NCBI GenBank assembly: GCA_963693365.1
Contig: CAVNZM010000001.1
Span: 14,494,418-14,558,417, forward strand
Length of the DNA: 64,000 bases
Source of the DNA: Amoebidium appalachense
Lineage: Eukaryota; Protista; Ichthyosporea
Direction: 5' to 3'
Of the stretch, positions 61,500 through 64,000 are shown in pieces. The position numbers and the translations under genes were made by a program. How positions within the stretch are numbered: position 1 is the stretch's first letter; the number at the start of each line of letters is the position of its first letter. The notes below the pieces were generated by a model. The model saw only the letters and a program-made list of their open reading frames with translations, had not been told where the DNA came from and made no database searches.

Positions 61500-62965
61500 G
61501 CTAGAGGGCAGGAGCGGCGCGGCGAGTGATTTTCATCCAATCATTAAGGGGGGCGGGTGCTGCCGTCCAATAGGAAGGCACGCATTCGCCAAGACCGGAC
61601 ACCGGCCGGAAACACCACTTCTTCGGGGGCTAGGTCCGTGTGGGCCTGTGCCATCCCTAAGGCTTGCACCACCGGCCACCATAAGGCGGTGTCCCACACC
61701 GGGACCACTAATATTCCCTGCGCGTGTTCCCGCTGAATCCGTTTGCCACTGTCCGCTTGATCAACGGAAACGGTGGCGCCCACCAGCTGGGGGCCTGCCG
61801 GCATTCGGTGGCAAGCCCGTCCTGCCCACCGCTCACGGGGGACCACCGCGGTCCATGTGTGAAACGTGGGTTTGACTGCTGTCACGGGTGTAGCAAACCG
61901 ATCCACCGCCGTGTGCAATCCGAGGGTCTGCTCGATACGCTCGACCCCCGCAGGGCCCGGGGTAACCGACCACTCGTGGCAGGGATCAATCCGCGACAAC
62001 CAATCCGCACGGTCGTTCACTCCGCCCGGAATGTATGACAGCTCTTGGGGCCAGGGGAGCCCCTTTTCCAAACACAACTGCCACAGCAGCTGCCATAGCA
62101 CTCGCTGCATGGCGGGGCTGCTGCTGCCCTTTTTGCGCACCGCGCCCAACGCGGCCTGGGCGTCTGACTGCCAGCGTACGCGCTGGCTTTGGATTAGGGC
62201 CTGCATTTCGGGCCTGCGGTAGGCCTCGAGTAGGCCCTTGCACTCCGCCACTGCAGCCGCCCGCGGTGCATCGCTCTCCGCCGAACGACCGAAAGCTTCC
62301 ACAACCTGCGTGGTTGGTAGGCCCAACTGTAGTACTGCCCCCCACCCGTGTGAGGTGGCAGCATCTGTGATGAGATTGGCCGTGATAGGCTCAGGCCAGA
62401 TTTCCGTGCGGGGAAGCCGACCTATTATACTCATAGTTTTACCGATAATGCGTAGCTGCCGACCCGTTAACCGCACAAAGCTATGCCAGTTCCCGCCGCG
62501 TAGAGCACCATCATGCACCGGCCGGACAACCGTGAGTACATGAGGCACCGCCGCACGCAAACTAACAACCACTGGCAACCCTAGCCATCTAGCCACCTGC
62601 TTCTTTTCCACCCACCGCCGGCCTTTGCGCACCTTAGCCATTAAAGAACGTGTTTCCCTCGATAATTTTTCCAAAGACGCCACTGTGGGAGACAAATACC
62701 CTTCCTCCAAACTTATGTGGATGCCTAAATGGTCGAGGGCACTCACTCAGTCTGGGTCCCTTAATGACCCTTATTCGGATGCTTCTTAAGGCCGGTGACT
62801 TTCAATCCCTGCTCCACCACCCCGCGTGTGTCGAGTGCCCGTGCCGCCTGTTCGAAGATGGCCCAGTCATCGAGGAAAACCAACGAACGGATGCCGCGTG
62901 CACGTAACCGACGCGCGAACTCGCGCATCAGGCGCATGAAAAAGTAGGGACTGTTGTTTTGTACG
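61500..62965 (-). mobile_element. Truncated, frameshifted DIRS-type (tyrosine-recombinase) retrotransposon: RT - RNase H - methylase-like domain
   Basis: RT motifs NSPYFFMRLMREFARRLRARGIRSLVFLDD (FLDD at 62877-62866); RNase H LITDAATSHGWGAVL, WQSDAQAA, IPGGVNDRADWLSR; methylase-like VDRFAT, out-of-frame QDGLATE...WWAPPFPLI, GILVVPVWDTALWWP. GC-rich and intronless; no gag or YR seen. Confidence 0.85.
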
Positions 62966-63619
62966 GGTCTAAGGGAGCAGAGTGCACAGAGGTGTCATGT
63001 AAAACACGACTAACACAATAAAGAGAGGGCAATCGGAGTTGTTCACGAGACATTGAAAGATTTCAAGGCAAACAACAACTGATCCTTTATTGTGCTCTCG
63101 GTTCTTTTTGTACTTGCGACTTATCAGCTTATCACAACTAAAGGGGGAGAATTAATAGGTTCTATCAGAAGATAGAAAAACACATTCCGACAGAGCATAC
63201 GCATTCCAACTTCCGATTTAACTAAAGCTTATAAACTCTTACTTTAAGTTAAATAAATTAAGTAATTATATATCTTGTCACTATTAATGCACATATATAT
63301 TTATACTCACGGCATCTCTATAAAGAAACTTATTTAAATACATATATTTCCTAATAGTCGACACTCTCAATGTGAAGACACATTGCAATAAACCGAATTC
63401 CATATGTATCTATTGTCCAATCACAACACGTATATTAAGAGACAGGAATGCACAACACGATCTACAGATGTACTCGCTCGCGACTATTGGCGAGCCATCC
63501 TATTGAGAACTAAAACTAAGCCACTTTGAAATAAAACAAATACAACATAGCTAGCCAATCACGCTACCTCTCAGATAAACAGAGGAGATCAAACAGAAAT
63601 AAAGTACAATAAGTTCTTA

Positions 63620-63718
63620 TCAGGCAAGAGAGCCAGGTGTGCACAGATCTACAGATATCTGTGCACACAGAAACAAGGGAGAGAGAGAGATACGGGGGGG
63701 GGGGGGGGGGGGGGGGGG

Positions 63719-63754
<36 letters not shown>

Positions 63755-63903
63755 AAAGAGAAAAGGGAGAGAGCACAAAGGAGGAAAGCAGACACGAATA
63801 CAAACAAAGCTAAGACACATACATACTTCAAGGCTCTTGCTGTCATACGTGGTGACGTATTCCAACATCCCCACTCAAGGGGTTGAAGTTTGTGTTCTCG
63901 TGT
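63620..63903 (-). CDS. Possible terminal exons of a gene entering from beyond the window
   Basis: ...EYVTTYDSKSLE|GTATGT donor at ~63826 and acceptor CACAG|ISVDLCTPGSLA* ending at 63620 flank a typical microsatellite intron; no recognisable domain. Confidence 0.25.
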
Positions 63904-64000
63904 CTGTTGATGTGACGGTAGATGAGGTCCAAACACATGGGGGGGGCGCGTCACACTCAAGTCTCCCCACTCGAGGATGCAAACCGAAGATCCTTGAGGT

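Noticed and set aside
63637-63668. Perfect 12-bp hairpin GTGTGCACAGAT/ATCTGTGCACAC as a Helitron 3' end or terminator
   Set aside because: No CTRR terminus at the expected distance and no other Helitron features; isolated.

Overview
Eukaryotic, intron-rich genomic DNA whose introns and spacers are saturated with poly-C/poly-G tracts and (CA)n/(CT)n/(TA)n microsatellites. Most of the ORF track is artefact from these repeats. The gene content is holozoan/opisthokont-like; an ichthyosporean-type protist is a guess only. I reconstructed three spliced genes by hand: (1) the 3' part of a BAZ1A/ACF1-like chromatin factor (+, 595-16163; DDT, WHIM1, WSD, two PHD fingers, no bromodomain, long Gly/Gln/Met/RGG tail); (2) a 3-exon, 152-aa mitochondrially targeted protein resembling mL52 (+, 31616-36132); (3) NOL9/Grc3 polynucleotide 5'-OH kinase (-, 60482-44101). 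There is also an intronless herpesvirus-tegument-like (VTD/C76-type) deubiquitinase (-, 39681-38740), several non-autonomous DNA transposons (hAT with 8-bp TSD, CACTA/EnSpm-like, foldback MITEs) and a degenerate DIRS-type retrotransposon fragment (RT-RNaseH-methylase). The most unusual signal is at about 18.4-29.5 kb. This ORF-less 'intergenic' region is a head-to-tail array of about 13-15 highly diverged 200-300 nt units separated by homopolymer/microsatellite linkers. The units keep a shared multi-stem fold with compensatory substitutions, plus-strand G.U pairs and a conserved 3' (G)CTGA motif, so they are a candidate uncharacterised polycistronic structured-ncRNA family.
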